Source: Nannocystis pusilla (GTDB taxonomy: Bacteria; Myxococcota_A; Polyangia; Nannocystales; Nannocystaceae). Taken from it: a DNA stretch of 64,000 nucleotides. The notes below the pieces were generated by a model. It worked only from the letters and a program-made list of their open reading frames with translations. It searched no databases and was not told the DNA's origin. Location of the stretch: assembly GCF_049060185.1 (NCBI RefSeq), contig NZ_JBMEQO010000002.1; one strand, given 5' to 3'. Position 1 is the first letter of the stretch. Every line of letters starts with the position of its first letter. Shown one piece after another: positions 42,730-53,127 of the stretch. A program made the position numbers and the translations under genes.

Positions 42730-43008
42730 AATGAGCGCTCGTACAATATCCCATAGCCGTGATCGCAGTGTCACGCACCTGGAGTTCGCAGGATGGGTAG
42801 GACGTGAGCACGAAAATTCCCACAAGGCTCGCAGCAGGTTTGGCGGTGCGAGTCACGTTCGCTCGCGACATCGTGCTCACTTGAATTGTGTTCAACAGCA
42901 CACCGTGCGAACCACCGTTCGCCGGCCATCCTCGGGCGATTGGCGCGGATGTGCAGACATTGCGCGACCGCGGGTCACGCACGGCATTGGAACTTAAAGA
43001 CAGGTTCT

Positions 43009-45240
43009 TCAAGCCCTGCGGGCCGCAGCGCTCGCCCACGCACGCAGGGCCGTGATTTCGCCGGCACGACTGCGACTGAGCGGGATGGTCGCGGTGAGCG
43101 CGCGAGCGAGGTCGCGGCGCGCGAGCGGTCGCGACTCGGCGAACGCGTCGAGGCGAGCCTCCACGATCGCGCCCTCGATCTCGGCGCCCGAGAGTCCATC
43201 GGCCGCGCGAACGAGGTCGACGAGGTCGGGCAACGGATCAGCGAGGACCGGGGCGGCGCCCATGTGCGAGCGCGGCGCATGCTCGAGATGGATCTCCGCG
43301 ATGGCAGCGCGTTCGTCCGCATCGGGCAGGTCGACGAAGAAGATCTCGTCGAGACGGCCCCGACGTGTCAGCTCGGGCGGCAGACGCGTGACCTGATTGG
43401 CGGTGGCGACCACGAACACCGGACGTCGGCGCTCCTGCAGCCACGTGAGCAGTCCGCCCAGCACGCGCGCCGCGGTGCCGCCGTCGCTCGCCGGGCCCTC
43501 GCTGCCGGCCAGGCCCTTGTCGAGCTCGTCGATCCACAGCGCGACCGGAGCGATGCGCTCGACGGTCGCGGTGACGCGGCGCAGGTTGGCCTCGCTCTCG
43601 CCGAGCGTGCCGCCGTAGAGCCGGCCCGGCTCCAGCCGCAGGAGGCCGAGGCCGAGCGCGTGGGCGCAGACGCGGGCCGCCAGGCTCTTGCCGCAGCCCT
43701 GCACGCCGACGAGCAGGACGCCGCGCGGGTCGGGGATCGCGGCGGCGCGGGCCTCGGGGCGGAGGGCGAGGGCGCGGCGGGCCAGCCATTGCTTGAGCTG
43801 CGCGAGGCCGCCGAGCATGTCTGAAGGGACAGGTTCGACGCGCTCGAGCAGGCCGCCGCGGCGCAGCAGCTCGGCCTTGCCGGCGCCCAGCTCGGCGAGC
43901 GCGGCGTCGTCGGCGGGGGCATGGGCGGCGCGGCGCAGCAGTCGACGGGCCTGGTGCTCGGACAGGCCGAGCGCGGCGTGGGCGAGCTGCGACGCGCGGC
44001 GGTCGAGCGCGGCGGCAGGGCCGGGCCGGCCGGCGATCCGCAGCTCGTCGACGAGGTCGGCGGCGAGGCCGGTGAGCTCGTCGGCGTCGGGCAGCTCGAG
44101 CTCCAGCAGCTCGAGCTCGGGGATGGCGACGAGCGCAGGCGCGAGGTCGCCGACGACGACGACCGCCGGACCGACGCTGCGCTGCGCGAGCTCGCGGAGG
44201 GCTCGCAGAGCGACGGGCTCGAGCGGCGGTGGATCGAGCAGCACCCACAAGCCGGGATCGGGGTCGCGCAGGAGGCCGCGCAGGAGGTCGAGCAGCGGCT
44301 CGGGCGCGCCGAGGCCGTCGCGCCCGCCGGCGGCGCTCCAGGTGTGGACCGGCCAGTCGAGTTGTTCGCCCGTGTCCTCGCACAGCCGCAGCGCCCGCGC
44401 CTCGTCGACCGCGCGCAGGCCCAGGCCGCGCGCGCCGGCCTGCAGCGCCTCGCGTAGGCGGACGCGCGCGCGCGAACGGGGTGTCCTTCAGGTCATGTCT
44501 CACGGGGCATGTCCCTCGGACCATGTTAACCACGCGGCCAGCAGGTGGCCCTGGGCGGCGACCGACACCGGGCCGTCGTCGGCGAAGCAGAAGCCGTTCA
44601 GCCACAGGCGGGCGCCGCGGAGGCGCGCGAGGCGGCCGTGGAGCAGCGCGAGGTCGGCGGCGCAGGCGCGGGCGAGCTCGGCGCGGGCGCGCGGCGGGAT
44701 CGTGTCTGGCCAAAGGACAGGCGGTAGGCGGGCTTGCCGTCGACGCGGAGGACGTCGAGGCGCAGGGCGCCACTCGGATCGGCGGCGACGAGCTGGGCGC
44801 GCCGCAGCAGGTCGGGGAACGGCCGCGCCCGCGAGCCGCGGAAGTCGAGGGCGAAGAACACCGGCGCCGCGGCGGAGCCGGGCAGGGCGCGGGTGAGGCC
44901 GCGGGCGAGGGCCCGGGCCGCCGCCTCGAGCGCGCCGGGGACCTGCGGCAGGGTGAGCAGGCCGGCCACCGCGGCGGGGCTGCCGGCGGCCGAGAGGGCG
45001 GCGACGACGGCCCGCAGGCGGCCAGGGCGCGCGGCGCCAGGGCCACCAGGCGAGCGACGGCGGGCTCGTCGAACTCGCCGCGGGCGAGCAGGTCGTCGAG
45101 CTCGCGGAGGGCCTCGTCGGCGTCGCCGCCGGCGGGCGGGGTGGGGACCAACCAGAGGTGCGGGCCGGGCAGGTCGCGGGCGCGGTCGAGGGCCGCGAGG
45201 GTGTCCGATGGGACAGGTCCGTCCGAGCGCCGGCCGCTCA
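43009..45240 (-). CDS. AAA+ ATPase (classic-clade AAA domain at the C-terminus; N-terminal roughly 400 aa of unknown function; several frame changes)
   Basis: Walker A LLVGVQGCGKS, Walker B ALWIDELDK, second region of homology VVATANQVTRLPPELTRRGRLDEIFFVDLPD. GTG start 2 bp after the smpB stop. Confidence 0.55.
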
Positions 45241-45242
45241 CG

Positions 45243-45719
45243 TCACCGCTCCCGCATGGCCCTGTCGATCTCGCGCTTCTGCTCGCGCTCCTTGATCGAG
45301 GCCCGCTTGTCGTAGGTCTTCTTGCCGCGGCACAGCGCCATCTCGAGCTTGATCCGGCCGTTGCGGGCCAGCAGCGCGAGCGGGATCAAGGTGAGCCCGG
45401 CCTGGTCGACCGCCTCGGTCAGGTGGTCGAGCTCCTTGCGGTGCAGCAGCAGCTTGCGCGGGCGCAGCGGCAGGTGGTTGCGGTCGTGCGCCTGCGTGTA
45501 CTCGCCGATGTGCGATTGATAGAGGAAGAGCTGGTCGCCCTGGAACTGGCAGTACGACTCGCCCAGGCTGGCGCGGCCGTCGCGGATCGACTTGACCTCG
45601 CTGCCCATGAGCGCGAGGCCGGCCTCGTAGCGCTCGAGGACTTCGTACTCGAAGGTGGCGCGGCGGTTTTGGACGAAGATGTGGCCGTCCTTCGTCGCGG
45701 TCTTGTCGGTCTTCTTCAC
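45243..45719 (-). CDS. smpB: SsrA-binding protein
   Basis: 158 aa; RRATFEYEVLERYEAGLALMGSEVKSIR, LLLHRKE, all SmpB hallmarks. Confidence 0.9.
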   Translation of the reverse strand: MKKTDKTATKDGHIFVQNRRATFEYEVLERYEAGLALMGSEVKSIRDGRASLGESYCQFQGDQLFLYQSHIGEYTQAHDRNHLPLRPRKLLLHRKELDHLTEAVDQAGLTLIPLALLARNGRIKLEMALCRGKKTYDKRASIKEREQKREIDRAMRER

Positions 45720-45734
45720 GGCGGGGGTGGAAAG

Positions 45735-46414
45735 CTACAAAGCGGACCGCAGGAGGGCAAGCCCGGCGGCGCGGGCGGCCCCTGCGGCCCGTATGGCGGC
45801 CAGGCAGGCGGTCAGGGTGGCGCCGGTGGTGGTCACGTCGTCGACCACGAGGACGCGCCGGCCGACGAGCGACCGCCCGGCCCGCACGACGATCGCGCCC
45901 GCGAGGTTGTCGCGGCGCGCCGGACCGTCGAGCTCGCTCTGCGGCGGCGTGGCGCGCGTACGCTGCAGGAGCCGCGGCTCGAGGCGGGCGCCGGTCGGGT
46001 GCTCGCGCGCGGCCCAGCGAGCCAGCAGGGCGGCCTGGTTGAAGCCGCGGGCGAGGGCGCGGCGCCAGTGCAGGGGCACCGGCGCGACGAGATCCCAGCC
46101 CTCGCGCCACGCCGGCGCGTGGGCGAGGAGCCGGCCCAGCGGCCCGGCGAGCTCGAGCTCGCCGACGAATTTGAGCCGCCGGACGGCCGCGGCGAGCGGG
46201 CCGTCATAAAGGAAGCAGGCCTCCACGTCGCCGACGCGCCGCGCGGCCGGGTCGAGCAGCGCGAGCTCGGGAGCGCAGCGACTGCACAGGGGCGGCACGC
46301 CCCGAGGGGCGGGGCCCGGAGGAGGTGACGACAGGCGATGCACACCGGCGGCGCGAGGAAGTCGAGGAGCACACGGAGAGGTCGTGTGAACCGCCGTCGT
46401 TGTTGCACGCGCAA
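45735..46414 (-). CDS. ComF-family phosphoribosyltransferase-like protein (frame change in the N-terminal zinc finger)
   Basis: CIACRHLL...LCSRCAPEL Cys pairs split across frames at a CCCC/GGGG run. C-terminal PRTase motif VLVVDDVTTTGATL. Confidence 0.7.
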
Positions 46415-46650
46415 GAGATCGCGCTGGAGATCGCGTCGAATTCGCAGCAGGAGAGGCGTGTGAAGATCATTTCGCCGTCCGATGCAAGCAGGCGGTCATG
46501 CGCACGATCGGCGCCGACGCCGAGAAATTCGCCGGATCTGCGGCGATGCTCGCGATCCACGGCGGAGGAAGACGCACACATCGCCGCTGGGCGTGATCTG
46601 GCGTGCAAATCGCGGCAGTGGGCGGCACGCTAATTCCAAGGAGGCCGCGT

Positions 46651-47178
46651 CATGCTCGCACACGATCTCGGATCTTCAGCGTCGGAACGGTCTTGACGAC
46701 TTCCACCTTCACGGTGAAGCCGGCCGATCTGACTGCGCATGTGGAGTCCAGCTTCTTGGGACAGGTAGTGGGTTGCGGAGAGGAGATGCTGTCGACCGGG
46801 AGCGTGTCCGGCGGCGGCGCTCCGGAGCCGTGGGGTCGAGTTTGTCCGCTGCCGGTCGCGTTCGGTCGGGCGCTGTCGGCCCTGGCCCACAGCGAGCCGT
46901 TCCGCGACGTCGCGCTGACGCTGCGCAGCATCAGCCGCGTGCGGCGCTTCGGAGAGGTGCTGGTGGGGGAGCCGCTGACTGCGATCGCGACGGTGCGCTT
47001 CCGCAGCGGCAGAGTACCGAATGCCACGCACGTGACGCTCGCCGTCGAAGTCCACCGCGAGAGCCAGCGCGGCCGCGTCGGCGCGACCGCGCTGAGCTTC
47101 GAGGTCGGGCTCGAGCTGCGATCGCTGGCGAGCGCCGCTGCAGAGGTGCAGATGGCCGGCGGCGCCGCCGCCGCTTGA
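46651..47178 (+). CDS. Hypothetical protein (175 aa), first gene of the GRAS/partner-switching operon
   Basis: Strong RBS AAGGAGG at 46637-46643, ATG 46651. GC content visibly lower than the neighbouring genes. Confidence 0.5.
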   Translation, partial: HARTRSRIFSVGTVLTTSTFTVKPADLTAHVESSFLGQVVGCGEEMLSTGSVSGGGAPEPWGRVCPLPVAFGRALSALAHSEPFRDVALTLRSISRVRRFGEVLVGEPLTAIATVRFRSGRVPNATHVTLAVEVHRESQRGRVGATALSFEVGLELRSLASAAAEVQMAGGAAAA

Positions 47179-47448
47179 GGCCTGCTTCGGGCCACTTTGG
47201 CCCGGTTCGTCGCGCTGCGTCATGGTTTCGGACCATGTCTCAAGATGCAGTCCATCGCACGGTGTCGCGGTCCTCTGCCGCACGCGACCTGCGCAGTGGC
47301 CCGCGGTCCGGTAGCGCCGCTGGGTGGTCTTTGAGACAGAGGCCGACGGGGCCTGCGCCAGGCTACGCGGCGCGTTTCCGCGCGAGGGCTGAGATAATCT
47401 TCTCGGCCACGATCGGGTGCGCATCAGCTTGCCAAGGCGGATCCCTGT

Positions 47449-48564
47449 GTGACCTTCAGTCTGCGGCGCATGCTCTACGAGGACCGCTACAAGCTGATTT
47501 TGGCCGCGTGCCAGGACATTCGCCGGCATCGCGAGCAGGTCGCCAAGACGGTGATAGCGAGCCAGCTCCTCGACGCCCTCGACGTCGATGTCCCGAGCGA
47601 CGCGCTGTTGTCCCACATCGTCGCCGAGTCGCTGTTGCGACGGATCGACCGCAACCTGCTGTCGGGGCGGAACTTGTACCTGCAAGCCGAGAAGCGGCCG
47701 CAGATCGACCTGTTCACGCTGCTGCAGCGGGCGATCCCGGCGGTGCCGCAGGGCTACGCGCTGGCCAACCAGTACCTCGTGCACGCGATGCGGCAGTCGA
47801 GCACGCCGGCGCTGCTCGAGATCGGGATCGGCAAGGGCCTGCAGATCGTCGCGCTGCTGCGGGCGCTCGCGCGCGACCCCGGCAAGATCGAGCGCCTCCG
47901 CGTGATCGCGCTGGAGCCCAATCGTACCGCCCTGAACGAGGGCGTGGCCGCGATCGACGAGGTCCGCGCCGAGCTGCCGTTCGACATCGAGATCTATCCG
48001 CTGGTCAAGCTGATCGAGGTCTGCGAGGATGCCGACTACGCGCACTTCGAGGCGCTCGCCGAGGGGAGCTTGTCGATCAACGCGGCCTATACGCTGCACC
48101 ACACCACGGGCCCCGACAGCGACGCGCGCACCCGCCTGCTGCGGCGGCTGCGGGGCCTGAGGCCGCGGGTGTTCACGCTGGTGGAGCCGAGCTCGGACCA
48201 CGACACCGAGCACCTGACCCGGCGCATGCACCACTGTTGGCAGCACTTCGCTACTGTGTTCGATCTGGTCGACCGCAGCGACGCGTCCCCCGACGAGAAG
48301 TTCGCCATCAAGGAGGGCTTCTTCGGCCGCGAGGTCCGCGACATCCTCGGCACCAGCGACGCCTTCCGCACCGAGCGTCACGAGACGCTCGAGTCATGGC
48401 TGCTCCGGCTGAAGAAGTCGGGCTTCGTGCCGTACCCGGCGATCGACCTCGACGTCGACCTGCCGGAGTACTGCCGCTCCTCGGTCAGCTCCGGGCTCGT
48501 GCGGCTGTCCTACCGCGGGGTGCCGATCATCGCGGTGTTCGCGTTCGCGGGGGAGGCGGGATGA
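47449..48564 (+). CDS. GRAS-family protein (bacterial homolog; Rossmann-fold methyltransferase-like)
   Basis: LLEIGIGKGLQIVALLRALARDPGKIERLRVIALEP parallels the plant GRAS VHIID-LRITG region. C-terminal ...FFGREVRDILGTSDAFRTERHETLESWLLRLKKSGF parallels the GRAS PFYRE/RERHE-W-GF region. Confidence 0.7.
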   Translation: MTFSLRRMLYEDRYKLILAACQDIRRHREQVAKTVIASQLLDALDVDVPSDALLSHIVAESLLRRIDRNLLSGRNLYLQAEKRPQIDLFTLLQRAIPAVPQGYALANQYLVHAMRQSSTPALLEIGIGKGLQIVALLRALARDPGKIERLRVIALEPNRTALNEGVAAIDEVRAELPFDIEIYPLVKLIEVCEDADYAHFEALAEGSLSINAAYTLHHTTGPDSDARTRLLRRLRGLRPRVFTLVEPSSDHDTEHLTRRMHHCWQHFATVFDLVDRSDASPDEKFAIKEGFFGREVRDILGTSDAFRTERHETLESWLLRLKKSGFVPYPAIDLDVDLPEYCRSSVSSGLVRLSYRGVPIIAVFAFAGEAG

Positions 48565-49103
48565 GCGACGAGAGCGAGCCGAGCGAGCCGGTGGTCCACG
48601 GGGCGCTCATGGGCGGCTTCGCCCAGGCGTGCGTCAACCTCAACATCGTCGCCGGGCGACGAGCCACCGCGCTGCTGGCCGACATCGACATGGGGCGGTG
48701 GTTCCCGCTGTCGAAGTGGATGGAGATCGAGCGGATGGTCGGCGAGTCGTACGCCAACGTCGAGCCGATCCGGCTCAAGCTCGGCATCGAGATGATGACG
48801 CTGTGGTACCACCACGGCCCCGGCAAGGCGCTCATCCACCGCGGCGCCGACTTCCTGCACTTTCAGACCGGCAGCCACGGGATCGCCAGCGTGATCCGGG
48901 GCCCGCGCGAGGTGGTCGGCTCGTTCGACCTCGCCGAGTTCGACTCGGACCGCGGCCACGCCGTGATCCGCTCGTCCACGCCGTTCGACAAGACGATCGA
49001 GCGCGGCGTGCTGATCGGCGGGGTGATGGCGCCCGGCGACCTCTACTACGTCGACGTGACGAACGACGGCGACCCCAACCGGCTCGTGGTGGAGTTCCAC
49101 TGA
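48561..49103 (+). CDS. Hypothetical protein (180 aa), translationally coupled (ATGA) to the GRAS gene
   Basis: Intact ORF with coding-like composition. No family recognised. Confidence 0.55.
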   Translation: MSDESEPSEPVVHGALMGGFAQACVNLNIVAGRRATALLADIDMGRWFPLSKWMEIERMVGESYANVEPIRLKLGIEMMTLWYHHGPGKALIHRGADFLHFQTGSHGIASVIRGPREVVGSFDLAEFDSDRGHAVIRSSTPFDKTIERGVLIGGVMAPGDLYYVDVTNDGDPNRLVVEFH

Positions 49104-49104
49104 G

Positions 49105-50031
49105 ATGACGCTCGACGAGATCCTCGAGGGGCGAGACCCCGACCGCCTGTCCGAGCTGTCGCGCGAGGACATGCGCCGGCTGTTCTGGATGTACAAGGGC
49201 CTGCTCAAGCGGGTCGAGCGCGACACGGCCTACTGGCAGGCGACCAACGACAACCTGCGCACCGCGTACGAGCGGCTCGACGAGCAGGAGCGCGAGCTGG
49301 CCCGCGCCTACCAGACCATCCGCCAGGACCTCGAGATCGCCCAGCAGGTCCAGCACGCGCTGCTGCCGAAGGACCACCCGGAGATGCTCGCGCGCTTCGA
49401 GTTCTCGGTCTACCACAAGCAGATGACCGAGGTCGGCGGCGACTACTACGACTTCTACCGCCTGCGCGACGGCAGCCACGCGATCGGCGTGTTCGACATC
49501 TCGGGCCACGGGGTGTCGGCGGCGCTGATCATGGCCTACCTCAAGGCCCAGCTGGTCCAGACGATGGAGCAGGTGTCGCGCCCGCGCGACATCGTCGAGT
49601 ACCTCAACAACGCGACCGTCGGGTTCCTCCGCGAGGTCCGTCGCTACGCCACCGTCAACTTCGTCGCGTTCGGCGAGCGCACGTTCCGCTACGTGTGCGG
49701 CGGCGGCTACGGGGTGCTGGTCCGCGGCGGCGAGGTCCACACGTTCAACAAGGGCGACCCGTTCATCGGCCTGCGCCGCCGCGCGTACAGCGAGTACGAG
49801 CTGCCCTTCGAGACAGGTGACGTGCTGGCGCTCTACACGGACGGCATGGTCGAGGCGCAGGACAGCGCGGGCGCCGACTACAGCACCCGCCGGCTGCACG
49901 AGCTCGTGCGCACCAACTCGGAGCTGCCGGCCAATCAGATCCTTCAGCGGTGCCTCGACGACTACGGGCAGTTCCGTCGCGTCGACGCCGACGACATCAC
50001 CCTCATCGTGCTGCGGAGGCGGGCGGCGTGA
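49105..50031 (+). CDS. PP2C-type serine phosphatase, SpoIIE/RsbU family
   Basis: VGGDYYDF, GVFDISGHGVSAALIMAYL, ATVNFVAF, LALYTDGMVE. Confidence 0.8.
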   Translation: MTLDEILEGRDPDRLSELSREDMRRLFWMYKGLLKRVERDTAYWQATNDNLRTAYERLDEQERELARAYQTIRQDLEIAQQVQHALLPKDHPEMLARFEFSVYHKQMTEVGGDYYDFYRLRDGSHAIGVFDISGHGVSAALIMAYLKAQLVQTMEQVSRPRDIVEYLNNATVGFLREVRRYATVNFVAFGERTFRYVCGGGYGVLVRGGEVHTFNKGDPFIGLRRRAYSEYELPFETGDVLALYTDGMVEAQDSAGADYSTRRLHELVRTNSELPANQILQRCLDDYGQFRRVDADDITLIVLRRRAA

Positions 50032-50539
50032 GCGAGCACGAGTTCGACGATGAACCGATCACGACCAGCGTCGGCCTGACGCTGACGGTCGCGCCGATGG
50101 GCGACGCGCGTGGCAACCTGGCGACGACCGTCGGCGAGTCGCTGCTGGCAATGCTGACGGTGTTCTACCCGCAGGCGCTGTGCAAGAAGGCCAACGTGGT
50201 CATCACGGAGCTGGTCCAGAACGTGATCGACAACGTCAGCGATCCGGGCAGCCAGATGCGCGTCGATCTGCGCATCGACGGCGACGCGCTGCAGGTCCAG
50301 GTCACCAACAAGGCGACCTTCGAGCAGTACCAGGACGTCAAGGACCGCGTCGAACGGCTGACGACCGCGACGGATCCCAAGCGCCTGTTCGCCGACACGC
50401 TCCGCGCGCGCCGCATGCAGCGGCTGCGCGGGGGCTCGGCCTCATCCGCCTGGTGTCCGAGAACCGCTTCCGCTTGTCCGCGACGTACTCGGGCGAGAAC
50501 TTGACGATGCAGGCGGTGTTTCCTTGCGAGGTGCGCAAT
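50028..50539 (+). CDS. RsbW/SpoIIAB-like GHKL serine kinase (anti-sigma-factor-like); 3' end changes frame
   Basis: GTGA overlap with the phosphatase stop. ITELVQNVIDNV N-box-like; GLGLIRLV G2-box-like in the adjacent frame. Stop expected at the ATGA overlap with the next gene. Confidence 0.5.
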
Positions 50540-50944
50540 GAACGTCCTCACCTACGGCGAGATCATGGACGGCGGCGTCAGTGTGTTCCACTGCGTCGCC
50601 CGCGAGGACGAGGGAACTTCTCCCTCACGTTCTCGGGCGTGGTCCGGATCGACAACCCCTATCGCTATCTGTCGGCCCTGCTGCAGGACCTGCGCGAGAT
50701 CTTGCCGAAACGCGAGATCCAGCGCAGCGTGCTCGACTTCACCGAGCTCGAGTTCTGCAACTCCAACGGCTTCTACGTGATCATGGACATCGTCGAGCTG
50801 GTGTACCTGCTGCTGCCCGGGCCGGTGCTGGTCCGCCGCCTGCAGGAGGACGACTGGCAGCAGGAGACGCTCCCGATCCTGCTCAACCTCGACGAGGAAA
50901 CCATCGCCGCTCGGACGACCTTCGAGGACGTGCGAGAGTTCTGA
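50538..50944 (+). CDS. STAS-like small protein (putative anti-sigma-antagonist-like partner); one frame change near 50615
   Basis: MNVLTYGEIMDGGVSVFHCVAREDEG then NFSLTFSGVVRIDNPYRYLSALLQDLREIL...SVLDFTELEFCNSNGFYVIMDIVE. Confidence 0.4.
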
Positions 50945-50945
50945 C

Positions 50946-52032
50946 ATGGTGGCCATCCTCGAGCTGGTGGAGTCGATCGCGCTGCGCGTCGATGCCGACG
51001 GCAAGGTGACCCCGGCGTCGCCGGCGGCGGCCCGCTGGCTGGCCGCTCGCCCCGGCGCGCCCAGCCTCGGCGCGCTGTTCGGCGCCGCGTCGCCGGCGTT
51101 CCTGCGCAGCCTGGCCGAGAGCAGCGGCAAGGCGGTGCCCGAGAACCCTGGCCCGAAGGACCTGTCGCATGGGACCTGTCCTTGGAGCCATCCGACGGGG
51201 TGCTGGCGGTGGGCGTCGCCATCCGCTCGCCGCGGACGCTGGCGTCGCAGCTGGCGACCGCGACCTTGCTCGACAAGAGCCTGGCGCTGGCGGTGCTGCC
51301 GCGCGAGTCGGCGGCGCCGCTCGGCGAGCGGCTCCAGCCCAAGGCCTACCGCGAGTCGACGGTGATGTTCATCGACGCGGTCCAGTTCTCGCGCCTGGCC
51401 GCCCGCGTCGACCCGGTCACCTGCCTCAAGCAGCTCGACTTCTTCTTCTCGGCCTTCGACCAGATCACCTCGGCGTTCGGCGTCGAGAAGCTGCGCACCG
51501 CCGGCGACACGTACGTGGCGGTCTCGGGCATCCCCACCGCCGCCTGTCGCACGCCGTCGACGCGACGTTCGCCGCGTTGCGCTGCGCCCAGGTGGTGGCG
51601 TCGGGGCTGACGCCGATCGTCGACGAGTGGGACTGGAGCTTCCGCATCGGCCTCCACTCGGGCCCCTGCATCTCCGGCGTGCTCGGCTCGAAGAAGCCGG
51701 TCTACGACCTGTGGGGCGACACGGTCAGCGTCGCCAGCCACGTCGAGCGCGTCGGCCAGCCCGATTCGGTGTGCGTGTCGGGGGCGGTCCGTCAGCTCAT
51801 CGAGCCGTTCTTCTCGCTCGAGTTCATGCAGACGACGGTGACCCGCAGCGTCGGCGAGATCGAGGTGTTCGCGGTCCGCGGGCTGCTCCCCGAGCTGCAG
51901 GCCGACGACCAGGCGATGGTCGCCAACGCCGAGTTCACGGCCCGCTACGAGTCGCGCTTCGCGTCGCCGTGCCCGACCGCCGCCCAGGAGGCGCTCGGGG
52001 TCGAGCTCGGCCAGGGCCTCGACGAGTTCTGA
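50946..52032 (+). CDS. Class III adenylate/guanylate cyclase with N-terminal about 130-aa sensor region (interrupted by a 14-bp insertion at about 51165 and a second frame change about 51550)
   Basis: VMFIDAVQFSRLA, KLRTAGDTYVAVSGIP, RIGLHSGPCISGVLGSKKPVYDLWGDTVSVASHVE. Confidence 0.8.
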
Positions 52033-52058
52033 GCCACTGCGGGGCAGGCTGTTCGAGA

Positions 52059-52082
52059 GGGCATGTCCATGCGGACATGTCC
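52059..52082. repeat. Palindrome pair GGGCATGTCC / GGACATGTCC, 14 bp apart
   Basis: Between convergent ends of the cyclase gene (52032) and the DUF218 gene (52090). Confidence 0.65.
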
Positions 52083-52089
52083 TCTTCGA

Positions 52090-52689
52090 TCATTCGAGGC
52101 GGTAGTCCTTGAACAGGTAGGCGTAGAAGCCGACGACCTCGCGCAGCAGCGACCACGGCTCGCGCAGCTCGAGCTCGAGGTCGGCGTGCGCGCCGGTGGC
52201 CTCGACGCCGAAGCGGCGCAGCGCCAGCTTGGTGCGGGTGACGTGGTAGTACTGGCTGACGGCGATGGCGGACCGCTCGCCGCGGGCGCGCAGGTCGGCG
52301 GCGACGAAGCGGGCGGTGGCGTGGGTGTTGACGCCGCCGCGGTCGACTGCGATCCGCTCGGTCGGGACGCCGCGCGCGACCAGGTAGTCGCGCATGACGT
52401 CGGCCTCGTGCGGGCTGCCGGGATCCTGGCCGCCGCTGACGATGAGGCGCGGGGCGAGGCCGGCGGCGTGCAGGGCGGCGGCGCGATCGAGCCGCAGTTG
52501 GAGGCGGCGCGCGGGCTCGCCGGCGGGGCTGACGTGGTTGCCGAGGACGACCGCGACGTCAGCGGTGCGGCCCTCGTCGGTGCAGCCGTCGACGGCGATG
52601 ACGAGCAGGTGGACGAGGCCCCAGACGCACAGGAGGGCGAGGAGGCGGAGGATGTACTTTCGCACCTGGCGCATGGGACCTGTCCTCAC
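52090..52689 (-). CDS. DUF218 (YdcF/ElyC-like) domain protein
   Basis: N-terminal TM helix; ADVAVVLGNHVSPAG...RLIVSGG... pattern. The start codon region overlaps a GGGACCTGTCC / CGGACCTGTG motif pair (52677-52700). Confidence 0.6.
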   Translation of the reverse strand: MRTGPMRQVRKYILRLLALLCVWGLVHLLVIAVDGCTDEGRTADVAVVLGNHVSPAGEPARRLQLRLDRAAALHAAGLAPRLIVSGGQDPGSPHEADVMRDYLVARGVPTERIAVDRGGVNTHATARFVAADLRARGERSAIAVSQYYHVTRTKLALRRFGVEATGAHADLELELREPWSLLREVVGFYAYLFKDYRLE

Positions 52690-53125
52690 GGACCTGTGAT
52701 TTCACCGGCCGGCGGGCGCGCGGGCAAGCAGGTGAGCCGGGCGGACTCGGGGTCGTAGCGGAAGGTGTCGTGGCGGGCCAGGAGGCGGCGGACGTAGCCG
52801 TGCAGGCGCTCGGGTCGCATCGACCGCCAGGCGACGCCGGCGGCGCCGGTGGTGTCGAACACGCGCACGCGGCCGAGGCGATCGCGGGCGGGGTCGACGA
52901 TCATCATGTGATGGTACATGCGCTCGCCGCCGCGGGCGCGGGCCCGGTGCGAGACGCTGCAGAGGTGGAGCGCGTCGGGGACGAGGGCGGCGATCAATGC
53001 TTCGGGGCCGAGCTCGGCGAGGCGCAGGTCGAGCAGCTCGAGGCCGTGGGGGAGGGCATCGGCGGGCAGGCGGGCCGCTATCTGCAGGAGGGCGGCGTGG
53101 CCGGCGTGGGCGCCGTCCTGGCACG
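52686..53125 (-). CDS. Hypothetical protein (start unclear)
   Basis: Coding-like C-terminal part (...MYHHMMIVDPARDRLGRVRVFDTTGAAGVAWRSMRPERLHGYVRRLLARHDTFRYDPESARLTCLPARPPAGEITGP*). Confidence 0.3.
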
Positions 53126-53127
53126 AT

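Noticed and set aside
50028-50944. Calling the kinase/STAS genes pseudogenes
   Set aside because: Their frame breaks look like the same homopolymer indels seen in many essential genes of this window, so disruption cannot be inferred from this sequence.
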